DNA of 64,000 nucleotides from Candidatus Poribacteria bacterium (GCA_022824835.1 JAJDZB010000073.1:23933-87932); one strand, 5' to 3'. Positions 35,903-46,101 are shown, numbered from the stretch's first letter. Notes: generated by a model from the sequence alone, not told the origin. Program-made: numbers and translations.

Positions 35903-37132
35903 TTATTTTAGTTCAAGAAGTTGTTTCTCTGCGGGGACAAACTTCCCATCCTTAACAACTTTAACGTAAGCGGGTTTATTGACTGTGTCACCATTGTGAT
36001 CAAAGTATGTGAGTCCCGTTACACCCATATATCCTTCTTCAGGTGTATCAATGACTGCCAGATGTTCGCGAATAGCACTACGGTTTTCAGCGAGTTCTGC
36101 TTCAGGGTTGTAAGTTTTTTCCAATGCTTCAGCAACCATTCCGATAGCATCGTAAGTTAATGCTGCCCAGGTATCTGGCAAAACATTGTGAAGTTTTTCA
36201 AAATTGGTAGCCATTTCTTGTGCTTTTGGGTCGTCTTCTCCAAAGAGGAAAGGAGTCGTAATATATGTGCCTTCAGCAGCGAGTGAACCTGCCGTTGACA
36301 AAAATACTGCATTGTCAATCCCATCAGCACCGAAGAACTGTGAAGTAACACCTGCTTCCCGACCTTGTTTGACAATTAAACCGGCTTCTGTATAGAGACC
36401 TGAGATGAAAATTGCATCCGGTTTCTTTGCCTTTATACTGGTGAGTTGTGCTTTGAAGTTTGTTGTATCTCTCTCGTAAGACTCTGATGCCACGAGCGTG
36501 AGACCAGTTTTTTCTACTTCATTGACAAATGCGTTTCGGAGTCCGCGTCCATAGTCATCGTTATCAAAGAAGACTGCGACGGTTTCAAGCTCAGTCAAGA
36601 CATTATCTATGTATTGTGCGATAAACTTTCCTTGAAAATCATCACGGTATAAGTTGCGAAATGTCCATTTGCTGCCTTCACAGACAGTTACATTTGTTGA
36701 ACCTGGTGACAACTCAACAATTCCAGCAGCATCATAGATCGGTTGACCTGCTAATGTACATGCGCTGTTAAAATGACCAACAACCGCTAATATTTCTCTG
36801 TCGTTGGCAATTCCTTCAGCAACAAGGCTTGCTTCAGCATCCTTACCAGCATCATCTCTAAAAAGGACTTTTAACATTCTACCGTTTATGCCTCCCGCTT
36901 CGTTAATCTCTTTCTGTTTGAGTTCTGCGCCTTTCTTTATCATTTCTCCAAAGGCAGCAGCATTTCCTGTAAGCGGAGCAGCAACTGCTATTTTCAGATC
37001 TTGTTGTGCTTTCTGTGTATCATCTGCTTCCTGCGTATCATCTGTAGCATTATCTGTTGTTTTATCGGAAGGTTGACAACCAGAAAAGGCAATTAATCCT
37101 ATTATCAACAGTCCTACACACCACATTCTCAT
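35903..37132 (-). CDS. Leu/Ile/Val-type ABC transporter substrate-binding lipoprotein
   Basis: Lipobox AFSGC, IAVAAPLTGNAAAFGE, INGRMLKV..DDAG, type I periplasmic binding fold pattern. ATG at 37132 (TTG at 37135 in the track). Confidence 0.8.
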   Translation of the reverse strand: MRMWCVGLLIIGLIAFSGCQPSDKTTDNATDDTQEADDTQKAQQDLKIAVAAPLTGNAAAFGEMIKKGAELKQKEINEAGGINGRMLKVLFRDDAGKDAEASLVAEGIANDREILAVVGHFNSACTLAGQPIYDAAGIVELSPGSTNVTVCEGSKWTFRNLYRDDFQGKFIAQYIDNVLTELETVAVFFDNDDYGRGLRNAFVNEVEKTGLTLVASESYERDTTNFKAQLTSIKAKKPDAIFISGLYTEAGLIVKQGREAGVTSQFFGADGIDNAVFLSTAGSLAAEGTYITTPFLFGEDDPKAQEMATNFEKLHNVLPDTWAALTYDAIGMVAEALEKTYNPEAELAENRSAIREHLAVIDTPEEGYMGVTGLTYFDHNGDTVNKPAYVKVVKDGKFVPAEKQLLELK

Positions 37133-37163
37133 CAATCTACTCTCCCTTCAATAAGTTGGTAAT

Positions 37164-37290
37164 CTAACGTGATTTTGATAAATCAAATGTTCGTATTAGG
37201 TGCGGTTAGGAAACCGCACCTACCGGGCCTATGTGAGTAATATTTTGGCCAAAATGAAGTCCATATACGTATCTTATCAAACTCACGTTA
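37164..37290. mobile_element. MITE-like element, copy 2
   Basis: TAACGTGATTTTGATAA ... TTATCAAACTCACGTTA. Internal GGTGCGGTTAGGAAACCGCACCTACCGGG and AATGAAGTCCATATAC are shared with copy 1. ATC on both flanks. Confidence 0.7.
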
Positions 37291-37317
37291 ATCTAAGTTA
37301 TACTGATGCAAAGTTAA

Positions 37318-38076
37318 TCAATTCTCTGCGATCACTTGTTTAAAATCGAAATTAAATTTTAGTTTTTCATGTTTTTCTTCAGAATGAATTATACTGATTT
37401 CGGGTACGATAATTCTCATATCAACAGTGTCACGATCTAATCTATCAAAAACAATGAGGCCAGTTCGTTTCGCACCCTTAAACAGCTTACCACTCTCAAA
37501 TAGACTTTCAGCTGCGAATTCTTGTCCTGCTTCCAATGCCGCAATATCCAGGTATGAACGGTAATAAGGATAATATGGATGGTAATGTGGAATAGTTCGG
37601 GATTGTTGAATATTCTGATCTGTTTTCGTTACACTACCGTATAGGTCTTCAAAGTAATCGAAAGGTAGATTTGCGTATTGTGCACCGTTTCGATCTATGA
37701 GCTGCGCCGATTCTTCAACGACAACCCTCGGGGTAGTCAAATTGTGAACAGTCATAAGAAAGACAGTATAGATAGGTTCAACGTTCCCGTTATTCTCTAC
37801 GACGAGATAAGGATTGATATGCGGGTCTTCCGTCAGGGAATACATTTCTATTTCATCTAACGGTTCTAATGTTACTGCTACCCCGTTCTTTTGCATTGTA
37901 ACAGCACCCGTCTGTGGATCAATCTTTGTGTCAGTTTGTCCTTCAACCGGTTCAATAAAAACATCAATCTCAGGATTGGGTGCTATGGCACAACCTGTTA
38001 ACAGCGTTCCTATTAGGATATACATGACAAAGGATTGCTTAGAGGAAGTTATTTTGTGCAGTATTTGTCGTGTCAT
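37318..38076 (-). CDS. Hypothetical lipoprotein
   Basis: Lipobox LLTGCAI. No recognisable family. Confidence 0.45.
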   Translation of the reverse strand: MTRQILHKITSSKQSFVMYILIGTLLTGCAIAPNPEIDVFIEPVEGQTDTKIDPQTGAVTMQKNGVAVTLEPLDEIEMYSLTEDPHINPYLVVENNGNVEPIYTVFLMTVHNLTTPRVVVEESAQLIDRNGAQYANLPFDYFEDLYGSVTKTDQNIQQSRTIPHYHPYYPYYRSYLDIAALEAGQEFAAESLFESGKLFKGAKRTGLIVFDRLDRDTVDMRIIVPEISIIHSEEKHEKLKFNFDFKQVIAEN

Positions 38077-38183
38077 GACTTCTATTCTCCAATTGTCCCA
38101 ATTGTTATTCTATGACTTTTCTATCTATATTTTACACAAAGGTTTTTTTATTGTCAAGGATTTTATTACGAAAAACGGACTTA

Positions 38184-38212
38184 TTGACATTTTAACAGAG
38201 AGATTGTATAAT
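38184..38212 (+). promoter_or_regulatory. Consensus sigma-70 promoter upstream of the AAA/PD-(D/E)XK gene
   Basis: TTGACA-17 nt-TATAAT, perfect hexamers, 39 nt before the ATG at 38251. Confidence 0.6.
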
Positions 38213-38250
38213 ATTACTATCCATGTCCTGCCAATTACTGGAGTTGATTT

Positions 38251-39849
38251 ATGAAATCTTTTGGAACATTTGGACCTGTATTTCCGGATAAGAATTATGT
38301 TGTTTCTCGCCATGATGAACGCATAGATTTCATTCATCGGGTGAAGCAAGGCAGATATATTGTGCTGTTTGCACCTCGACAGACTGGTAAAACGACCTTC
38401 TTTAGAAATGCTATTGCTGCACTCCAAAAAGAGAATACGGATTATCTGCCTATACAACTTAATTTTGAAGGATATGCAGATATAGAAACAGACACATTTT
38501 ATCACTCACTCGGCAAAGAACTATGTAAACAAATTAAGCATATCATTCAGAAACGTATAGATATGCCGATTAATGAAATAACTGAATTGTTAAATAGTGT
38601 TAACATTACTAACCAAGTTTCTATGAGAGAGTTTCTTGAGGAACTTGGAGAAATAACAGAGAACTTTCATTTTGTTATAGTAATTGACGAATTTGATGGA
38701 ATTCCTCCTGATGCGCTTCGCGGGTTTCTACATTCATTACGTCATATTTACCTATCGCACTTAGAACATAGATGTCCGTATAGCGTAGGTATAGTTGGTG
38801 TCAAAAATATCACACAACTGAATTATGATCGTTCTATATCACCCTTCAATATCCAAGATGAGTTTAAACTATCAAACTTTACACTTGAACAGGTTCAAGA
38901 ACTTTTTGCCCAATATACTGATGAAGTTGGACAAGAAATTGACACGAGTGTCATTGAAGCAATACATAAACATACTGCTGGACAACCCTTTCTGGTCAAT
39001 AGATTTGGACAAATTCTTACTGAGGAGATTAACATACCGAATTCTGAGATCGTTCAGATGAATCATTTTAATGTAGCTTACAAGCAACTACTTAAGGAAA
39101 GCAATACAAACATATCACATCTTGCAGGAAATTTACGGAAAAATCCGCGTCTTGAAAGATTCTTGATGAGGATCGCATTAAATGGTGAAAACCGACGATT
39201 CAACCTTGACAATGAGATCATTAGTGAACTCGCAACTTATGGAATAATCACTGAAGATGGAAATGGATTGTGTGCAGTTCACAATTCTATCTATCTCCAA
39301 CGTGTGATACAATTGTTTCAACCCTTAATCAATGGACTTGAAGATCAATACTTCAGTAAAGATGGCCCCCAAGATTTTAGAGAATTTGTCACTGCTGGAG
39401 GACATCTGCAAATGGATACTTTAATTGATAACTTTAGTAACTTCATATCCCGAGCAGGCTATAGAATCCTCCAAGTACCAGAAACCCCTCAAGAATTCGT
39501 TGGTCAATATCTCTTATTTGGATATCTTGATGAATATGTTAACCTTATGGGGGCAACTATGTTTCTTGAGGTGCCAACAGGTAGAGGTAGAGCAGATCTC
39601 ATTATTGTACACAAACGTAGGAAGTATATCATTGAAACCAAAATATGGAGAAGTGAAAAATCGTATCAATCAGGAAAGAAACAACTTGCAGCTTATATGA
39701 AGAATGAGAATGCAAAAGAAGGCTATTACATAGTGTTTGATTATACAGAAAAGCCAAGCTCTAAAGTAGAGACAGATACTGTTGATGGTGTAGTGATTCA
39801 CTGCTATGTCATACCTGTGTTACAAGAAAGACCATCTCAAAGGTTATAA
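38251..39849 (+). CDS. AAA-ATPase-like protein fused to a C-terminal PD-(D/E)XK nuclease-like domain
   Basis: Walker A APRQTGKTT, Walker B FVIVIDEFD, C-terminal GRGRADLII..KYIIETKIW (D..E-x-K). This architecture matches the AAA-ATPase_like plus PDDEXK_9 proteins I recall. Confidence 0.65.
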   Translation: MKSFGTFGPVFPDKNYVVSRHDERIDFIHRVKQGRYIVLFAPRQTGKTTFFRNAIAALQKENTDYLPIQLNFEGYADIETDTFYHSLGKELCKQIKHIIQKRIDMPINEITELLNSVNITNQVSMREFLEELGEITENFHFVIVIDEFDGIPPDALRGFLHSLRHIYLSHLEHRCPYSVGIVGVKNITQLNYDRSISPFNIQDEFKLSNFTLEQVQELFAQYTDEVGQEIDTSVIEAIHKHTAGQPFLVNRFGQILTEEINIPNSEIVQMNHFNVAYKQLLKESNTNISHLAGNLRKNPRLERFLMRIALNGENRRFNLDNEIISELATYGIITEDGNGLCAVHNSIYLQRVIQLFQPLINGLEDQYFSKDGPQDFREFVTAGGHLQMDTLIDNFSNFISRAGYRILQVPETPQEFVGQYLLFGYLDEYVNLMGATMFLEVPTGRGRADLIIVHKRRKYIIETKIWRSEKSYQSGKKQLAAYMKNENAKEGYYIVFDYTEKPSSKVETDTVDGVVIHCYVIPVLQERPSQRL

Positions 39850-39985
39850 CGTCTACCGGCCTGGGAACATCCTCAAAATTCGCACATAAGTAACCAAAAA
39901 CCTTACACACCTCACCAACAAAACACTTTACTTTGTTAACACTTTAATATACAATTGATTCAAAAACTTGGAGAAACGTAAATAT

Positions 39986-41401
39986 ATGCAACTTTATGAA
40001 GCTGTCAGTCCTTTAGATTTTAGATACTATGGCGGCGATGAAACTTTTATGAAACGTCTGCTACCCTACGTCTCTGAAGCAGGATATGTAACCTGTCAAG
40101 CGAAGGTAGAGGCAGCATTAGTTCGGACGCTTGCGAAATATGGTGTCTGTACAACCGAAATCGCAGATGAAGTCGAACAAGCAGTGGAACACGTAACAGC
40201 AGAAGAGGTCTACGAAGAACAGAGACGTATCAGACACAACATCCGTTCACTCGTAAATGTAATTCGTAACAAGATTAGTCCTGAAGCACGTCCCTACGTC
40301 CACCTGTTCGCCACGTCAGCAGACATTTTGGATACGGCTACAGCAATAAGATTCAAAACACTGATTGCGGATGTAATTGTTCCGGATATGATTGCATTAG
40401 AAAAGCAATTGATCGTATTAGCACGAGAACATGCGGATACACCCCAAATAGGAAGAACACACGGACAACATGCAGAACCGATTACATTCGGTTACGCGTT
40501 GTCACTCTATGTCAGTAGACTTGGGACCCGGATTGAAAAAGTACACGAAGCAGGACAAAACTTACGCGGACAATTTTCGGGTGCGGTTGGCGCATTCAAC
40601 GGATTGGCATTGATACATGACAATCCTGAAAAAATGGAGGCTGATTTTCTTGAATTGCTCAACCTGAAACCGTCAGATACGCATACGTCAACACAGTGTG
40701 TAGAACCAGAGTTCATTTCAGATTTAGCATATCAAATCACAGCTGCCTATACAATACTTGCAAACTTCGCAGATGATATGCGACATCTCTATCGCACTGA
40801 AATTGCAGAGGTCGGAAGGAAATATAACCCACAACTTGTTGGCTCGTCCACGATGCCGCACAAGGTTAATCCAGAAGCTTATGAGAACATAAAGAGTCTA
40901 TGGAAAGCTTTTGTGCCACGCATGCAGACGGTATTCCTGGATAGCATTTTAGAACATCAACGCGACTTAACGAATTCGGCATCCAGTCGCTTTCTCACGG
41001 AGTTGGTTACGGCATTCGACTATGCTATCTACAGACTTCGCAAGGCATTAGATGAGATGGATGTTAAGTCGAAAAATATGATGCATAACCTCGAAATGAG
41101 TGCAGAGGATACAATCGCTGAACCTATCTATCTCTTGATGGCGTATTACGGATTTCCAGATGCTTACGATCATACACGTAAACTGATTGCACAAGTTCAT
41201 CAAACAGGCAAGAGCCTGTCAACACTACTCTGGGAGGATGAGACATTTCAACCGTTCCTTGATAAGTTAACGGAACCGCAACGCGAAGCATTACGTTCAC
41301 CAACGAACTATATCGGTGCTTCGGTGAAGAGAACGCATGCAACATGTGATGAATGGGAAAAACGGATAGACAATTTGATGGATGGTCTTAAGCCTACATA
41401 G
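39986..41401 (+). CDS. purB: Adenylosuccinate lyase
   Basis: SPLDFRY, fumarate-lyase signature GSSTMPHKVNP, TSADILDTA. ATG at 39986 preferred; the track TTG start is at 39968. Confidence 0.85.
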   Translation: MQLYEAVSPLDFRYYGGDETFMKRLLPYVSEAGYVTCQAKVEAALVRTLAKYGVCTTEIADEVEQAVEHVTAEEVYEEQRRIRHNIRSLVNVIRNKISPEARPYVHLFATSADILDTATAIRFKTLIADVIVPDMIALEKQLIVLAREHADTPQIGRTHGQHAEPITFGYALSLYVSRLGTRIEKVHEAGQNLRGQFSGAVGAFNGLALIHDNPEKMEADFLELLNLKPSDTHTSTQCVEPEFISDLAYQITAAYTILANFADDMRHLYRTEIAEVGRKYNPQLVGSSTMPHKVNPEAYENIKSLWKAFVPRMQTVFLDSILEHQRDLTNSASSRFLTELVTAFDYAIYRLRKALDEMDVKSKNMMHNLEMSAEDTIAEPIYLLMAYYGFPDAYDHTRKLIAQVHQTGKSLSTLLWEDETFQPFLDKLTEPQREALRSPTNYIGASVKRTHATCDEWEKRIDNLMDGLKPT

Positions 41402-41407
41402 GTGAAT

Positions 41408-41516
41408 AGGGGTTGGTTGGAAGGTTGGAAGATTGGAAGATGGAAGGTTGGAAGATGGGAGATGGAAGATTGGAAGGGTGGAAGATAAGATGGAAGGATG
41501 AAAGGGTGAAAGGTTA
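41408..41516 (+). repeat. Purine-rich TGGAAG(N2) tract, locus B
   Basis: Same unit family, about 11 GGA triplets. Fills the purB to next-gene intercistronic gap. Confidence 0.9.
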
Positions 41517-41527
41517 GGTCAATAGTC

Positions 41528-43096
41528 ATGTTTGATATTGTTTACTTAGGACGAAGATGTGTCGGTTTTATCAGAAGATATCCCCGTACCTGGACTGTCA
41601 TCGGGTTATTGATCACGTTTGGTATCGGTATCTGGGTTGGTCGTGTTGTCAAATTTGAGAGAGTACCTGAATATGTGCAATCTTACACAGATCCGGTGAA
41701 AACGGATGAAACTAAACAGGTTTTTCCGGGTGTCGTCCATCGACAGATATTAGATGATGGTGTTTTGACGAACATCCTATCTGTTTCACCAGATGCAGTT
41801 GACATCCGTCCCTATAGCGCGATGGGTGCTGCAATTGGTACAGAAGATCTGCTATCAATTGCACGTCGAAACAGAGCACCTATTGCAATCAATGGCGGTT
41901 TCTATGAGATGTCCGGTACGTTTAGGGGAGAATCGGTTGGAGCACTTAAGATTAACGGTGAATGGATTAGTGAACCAGAGCAGGGACGCGGTGTTGTCGC
42001 TTTCAAAACCGTTGATGGAAAAATAGAAACTTCTATAGATAGAATCGCACTTCAGCACAGGATCTTGTTACCCAACGACACGCCAATAGAAATTGATGGG
42101 ATTAATCGTGGTAGGCAGCGAAACGAATTGCTGTTATACCGTCCAAACTTCCATTTTGTGACCCTAACAATGCCTGAAGGGGTTGAAGTTATCGTCCGAG
42201 ATAACATCGTTACTGACATTCGTGATGGACAAGGAAGTACCCCTATTCCGAAGGATGGATATATCCTATCAGCAACTGGACGAAAGCGAGGGGTACTATT
42301 AGAACACATACACATCGGTGATGCAGTTAGGATTCAAGAAAAGGTTATACCTGAAAAGGTTGGAGAGAGTAAGTTTTGGGAAGATTTTACGCATATTATC
42401 GGTGGAGGACCTTTACTGTTAAGAAATGGTGTTGTGTCAACGAGAGATGCTTATGAACGTGAAGGATTTGATAGTGCATTTCACAGTTTTTGGCATCCGA
42501 GAACCGCTATCGGTAAAAAAGCGGATGGAACACTCTTTTTTGTAACAATTTCTGCTGCTAAACCCGGTGTCCGACGCGGTGTTATGCTTCACAAACTTGC
42601 AAGGCTTTTTGTTGAATGGGGTGCAACAGACGCTGTCAACTTGGATGGCGGATTATCCACGATGATGGTTATTCGGAATGAGGTTGTCAGTTACAAGCTA
42701 ACACGACCTGACAAATCAGAGGTTGAGGAAAAGCAGAAAATGTCTGCAAAAGAGAAACAGACAGCGGAAAACAGGAAAGCGGATGAACAGCGTAAACAAA
42801 CAGACAAGATTGGGGAAGATGCTACACCTGACGACAAGACAGTGAAAGATGCTACATCTGACGACAAGACAGCAGAAAAGAAAACACCTGAGCTAGTTAA
42901 CATAATAAAGAAAACTAAAGTTGATGCTGCTGACGAAAAACCCGCAGAAAAAGCATCTACTCAGAGAAGTGCAAGAACAGGTCGTGGAAACCGACGTGTC
43001 AGACCTATGCCAAGGTTCCAAGGTCGCGCAATTTCAGATGCTATTCTAATTTTCCCAAAAAGTTCTGCTAAAAAACGTACTGGAAACGCAAAATAA
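41528..43096 (+). CDS. Phosphodiester glycosidase (NAGPA/DUF2233-like) family protein with a Lys/Asp/Glu-rich tail
   Basis: N-terminal TM helix, INGGFY, IIGGGPLLLRNG, AIGKKADGTLFFVTI, NLDGGLSTMMV. Low-complexity tail from about residue 395. Confidence 0.6.
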   Translation: MFDIVYLGRRCVGFIRRYPRTWTVIGLLITFGIGIWVGRVVKFERVPEYVQSYTDPVKTDETKQVFPGVVHRQILDDGVLTNILSVSPDAVDIRPYSAMGAAIGTEDLLSIARRNRAPIAINGGFYEMSGTFRGESVGALKINGEWISEPEQGRGVVAFKTVDGKIETSIDRIALQHRILLPNDTPIEIDGINRGRQRNELLLYRPNFHFVTLTMPEGVEVIVRDNIVTDIRDGQGSTPIPKDGYILSATGRKRGVLLEHIHIGDAVRIQEKVIPEKVGESKFWEDFTHIIGGGPLLLRNGVVSTRDAYEREGFDSAFHSFWHPRTAIGKKADGTLFFVTISAAKPGVRRGVMLHKLARLFVEWGATDAVNLDGGLSTMMVIRNEVVSYKLTRPDKSEVEEKQKMSAKEKQTAENRKADEQRKQTDKIGEDATPDDKTVKDATSDDKTAEKKTPELVNIIKKTKVDAADEKPAEKASTQRSARTGRGNRRVRPMPRFQGRAISDAILIFPKSSAKKRTGNAK

Positions 43097-43165
43097 GGAT
43101 GTGCCAAGAAGATCGCGTCAATAACAACATTTAGTTTTATTTTTCTGGAATTTTAAGGTTTTTTA

Positions 43166-43174
43166 TGGTAAAAT
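43166..43174 (+). promoter_or_regulatory. Candidate extended -10 element (TGGTAAAAT) ahead of the SBP-OmpA/VWA/DUF4159 operon
   Basis: TGnTAAAAT with a weak -35 (TGGAAT) 17 nt upstream. Confidence 0.35.
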
Positions 43175-43225
43175 GCACATAAGACGATAAAAATAATGCA
43201 GAGAATCTCAAAAAAGGATAATCAC

Positions 43226-45151
43226 ATGAAAAGAAATATAGGTTTACTTTCTACCTGGACATCTGCTATCCCATTTAATTGGACAATGCATAAGAAACTG
43301 CCACTTATGTTTACAATAAGCGTATCTTGCTTCGTGCTTCTGTGTCTTGTGTTTTCTGTAGATGCACAACAACGTTTTGCAGATGAAGTTGGGCAAGTTA
43401 CGATTCGTGATGTTACCTCTACATCTCCCTTTGTCATTCCATATATTACGTGGGGCGGCGAATCGGCTCTATTCCACGCGAATGGTGGATTGACAACGCA
43501 GACAGGTACAATCATGGCAAAACAGGGATTGAACCTAAAATTAGTTCCGGGAGATAACTTCCAGCAACAAGTTCGGGACTATCTTGGCGGCAAAACACCG
43601 ATTTTACGGGGAACGTTTAGAATGATCGCACAAGCAAGTGAAGTGATAGGACGCGATCCACGCACAAAACCCGTTATATTTGGACAACTTACATGGTCTG
43701 CTGGGGACCATTTCGTGGGAAGAGCGAATATACGAAAAATTTCTGACCTCAGCGGTAAAAAGATCGCTATTCAGAAAGGTGGACCTCATGTCGGTATGCT
43801 TTACGATATGTTAAAAACCGCACGGCTTTCCAAAACAAATGTGCAAATAGTTTGGGTTGACGAATTGACAGGCGCAAAAGGTCCAGCAGAAAAGTTCAGA
43901 AGTGACAGCTCTATTGCAGGATGTTTCGTCATTACACCTGATATGATCGGATTGACAGGAGGACCAGAAAATACCGGAACGGGGGCGGAAGGAACAGTCA
44001 AAGGGGCACACGTTGTCGTTAGTACTGCAACACTCTCACGTTCTATTGCTGATGTGTACGCATGCCGTAAGGATTTCTATGACCTCTATAAACCGTTGAT
44101 TGAGAAATTCTTTGCGGGTTATCTGAAAGGTGCTGAGGAGGTTGTCGCACTTAAAAAGACATATCAGAGAAGTGGCTCAACGGAATATACAAGACTGCTC
44201 TCCATGATGCAGAATATCTACGGCAAAGATGTGCTGCCAACGCTTGAGGAGGATGCACACGGTCTAATAGCGGATTGCACTTTCGTGGGACAACCCGGTA
44301 ATGTTGCGTTCTTCAACGATCCCAAGAATACCATCACAGGTTTTGAAGGGTTCAATAAGGCGGGTTTGGATATGGCGGTTAATTGGGGATTTGCAAGTCA
44401 ACGTCACGCACTTCTGCCATCTGATTTAAACTTCAACTCCGCTGCGTTTAAGAGTATCCTTGCTACAACTGTTGCTGCACCGACACAGTTAAAACAGACC
44501 CGTTTTAAGAAGGAGGCTGTCCGTGCAGAGATTGAATCATTTAATGAGGACGCTGCCCTTGACGAAAAAACGCTCATCTCCTTTACTATTCAATTTGATG
44601 CGAATGTAGAAACATTTAGTGGGACGCAATACCGCGAAGAATTTGATAGAGTGCTTGAACTCGCTGCGAAGTATGGAAACGCGGCAATTGCGATAAAAGG
44701 ACACAGCGATCCTACGAGAACGCTGCGTGTGTTAGTTAATGTCGGCATTAACAAAGGTGTGTTGAAACGTACAGGTACAACGGGCAACTATAAATACTTT
44801 ATGCAAGGTAAACCGCTTAGTCTTGAAAACACTGCGGAATTAATTCGCCTTATAGAACAAAAAACGTTTGACGATGGAACCGATGTTGACAGTCCTTATC
44901 AAGTGATGCGTGCAGCACTCAAACTTTCTGAACAGCGCGGTGAAGCGGTGAAACAGGCAATCATTGATTATGCGCGTAGTAAGAATGCACGAATTGATAC
45001 GGACCAGATTGTTCCTGTAGGTTTAGGCATTAAAGAACCTATTATCCCTAAACCTTCAAGTCTTGAAGAAGCATCGGTAAACCGGCGTGTAGAATTTGCG
45101 CTGATTAAAGTCTCTGCTGAAGCAGTTGCTGCATCCGACTTTGACTTTTGA
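43226..45151 (+). CDS. Secreted fusion protein: periplasmic substrate-binding-like (NMT1/SsuA-like) N-terminal region plus an OmpA-like peptidoglycan-binding C-terminal domain
   Basis: Signal-like LMFTISVSCFVLLCLVFSVDA. C-terminus IAIKGHSDPT...SEQRGEAVKQAI...NRRVEFALIKV is OmpA_C-like. Start uncertain (43196, 43226 with AAGGA upstream, or 43286). Confidence 0.55.
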   Translation: MKRNIGLLSTWTSAIPFNWTMHKKLPLMFTISVSCFVLLCLVFSVDAQQRFADEVGQVTIRDVTSTSPFVIPYITWGGESALFHANGGLTTQTGTIMAKQGLNLKLVPGDNFQQQVRDYLGGKTPILRGTFRMIAQASEVIGRDPRTKPVIFGQLTWSAGDHFVGRANIRKISDLSGKKIAIQKGGPHVGMLYDMLKTARLSKTNVQIVWVDELTGAKGPAEKFRSDSSIAGCFVITPDMIGLTGGPENTGTGAEGTVKGAHVVVSTATLSRSIADVYACRKDFYDLYKPLIEKFFAGYLKGAEEVVALKKTYQRSGSTEYTRLLSMMQNIYGKDVLPTLEEDAHGLIADCTFVGQPGNVAFFNDPKNTITGFEGFNKAGLDMAVNWGFASQRHALLPSDLNFNSAAFKSILATTVAAPTQLKQTRFKKEAVRAEIESFNEDAALDEKTLISFTIQFDANVETFSGTQYREEFDRVLELAAKYGNAAIAIKGHSDPTRTLRVLVNVGINKGVLKRTGTTGNYKYFMQGKPLSLENTAELIRLIEQKTFDDGTDVDSPYQVMRAALKLSEQRGEAVKQAIIDYARSKNARIDTDQIVPVGLGIKEPIIPKPSSLEEASVNRRVEFALIKVSAEAVAASDFDF

Positions 45152-45173
45152 GTCCTTAAGATAGGAGGGGCTT

Positions 45174-46100
45174 GTGAAACTTTCAATCGTGTCTTATGTT
45201 TTATTCCTAATTACGCTACTCATCATAAACATGTGTATAGCAGACGGGGGTGTTCATACGGATAATATTGTCGTAATCCTTGATGCGTCCGGTTCTATGA
45301 AGAACAAATTCCGAGGGGACGAGACTAAGTCTAAGATGGACGCTGCAAAGGAGGCACTCCAAGAGGTGTTGGCAAAAATTCCTGATGGAACCAATATAGG
45401 TGTGCTCGTATTTAGTGGACGTAATGTGCCAAATGAATGGGTGTATCCACTGGGACCAAAAGACACGAATAGGTTGATCGAAGCTATCAATCGTCCCGAA
45501 CCAGAAGGAGGTACACCGCTTGGGAGATATATCCGTATCGGTGCAAACCGCCTACTTGAACAACGTGAGAAACAGTATAACTACGGGAACTATCGCTTGT
45601 TGATTGTAACGGATGGGGAAGCACAAGATGCTGAAAAAGTCGCACAATACACACCCGAGGTTTTGAATAGGCAGCTTCGGGTTGACGTCATCGGGGTTGA
45701 TATGAAAACGGATCACCAGTTAGCACAGGAGGCGGATAGTTATCGGAGAGCGGATAATCCAGGAGAACTCGTTGCTGCTGTCACACAGATACTCGCTGAA
45801 ACCGGTGGAACTGCTACTGATATCGGTGGTGAAGAAGCATTTGACGATATTGCACCCCTCACACCTGAAATCGCGTTAGACCTTATTCAACGGATTACAA
45901 CACCTGCAAGTAATGCAGCGATAGCGGTTGAAACAACTTCTACAGTACCGAAACAAACGAATACACCGACACAACCGCAGCAACCAACGCAACAACCTTT
46001 ACAAGGGAGTGACAGAGGCGGAAACACACCGTGGATACTTATCGGACTTGTTGTCTTAGTTGCAGGTTATATTATTTTTAGACGCATGGGAAGACATTAG
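45174..46100 (+). CDS. VWA-domain protein with a Pro/Gln/Thr-rich linker and C-terminal TM anchor
   Basis: GTG start 5 nt after AGGAGGGG. MIDAS LDASGSM, GGTPLG, LIVTDGEAQD. C-terminal WILIGLVVLVAGYIIF. Confidence 0.7.
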   Translation: MKLSIVSYVLFLITLLIINMCIADGGVHTDNIVVILDASGSMKNKFRGDETKSKMDAAKEALQEVLAKIPDGTNIGVLVFSGRNVPNEWVYPLGPKDTNRLIEAINRPEPEGGTPLGRYIRIGANRLLEQREKQYNYGNYRLLIVTDGEAQDAEKVAQYTPEVLNRQLRVDVIGVDMKTDHQLAQEADSYRRADNPGELVAAVTQILAETGGTATDIGGEEAFDDIAPLTPEIALDLIQRITTPASNAAIAVETTSTVPKQTNTPTQPQQPTQQPLQGSDRGGNTPWILIGLVVLVAGYIIFRRMGRH

Positions 46101-46101
46101 C

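Noticed and set aside
38125-38505. ORF 38125..38505 (-), 126 aa.
   Set aside because: It overlaps the consensus promoter and the 5' end of the well-supported AAA/PD-(D/E)XK gene on the other strand. Its composition is AT-driven and Ile/Lys/Phe-rich.
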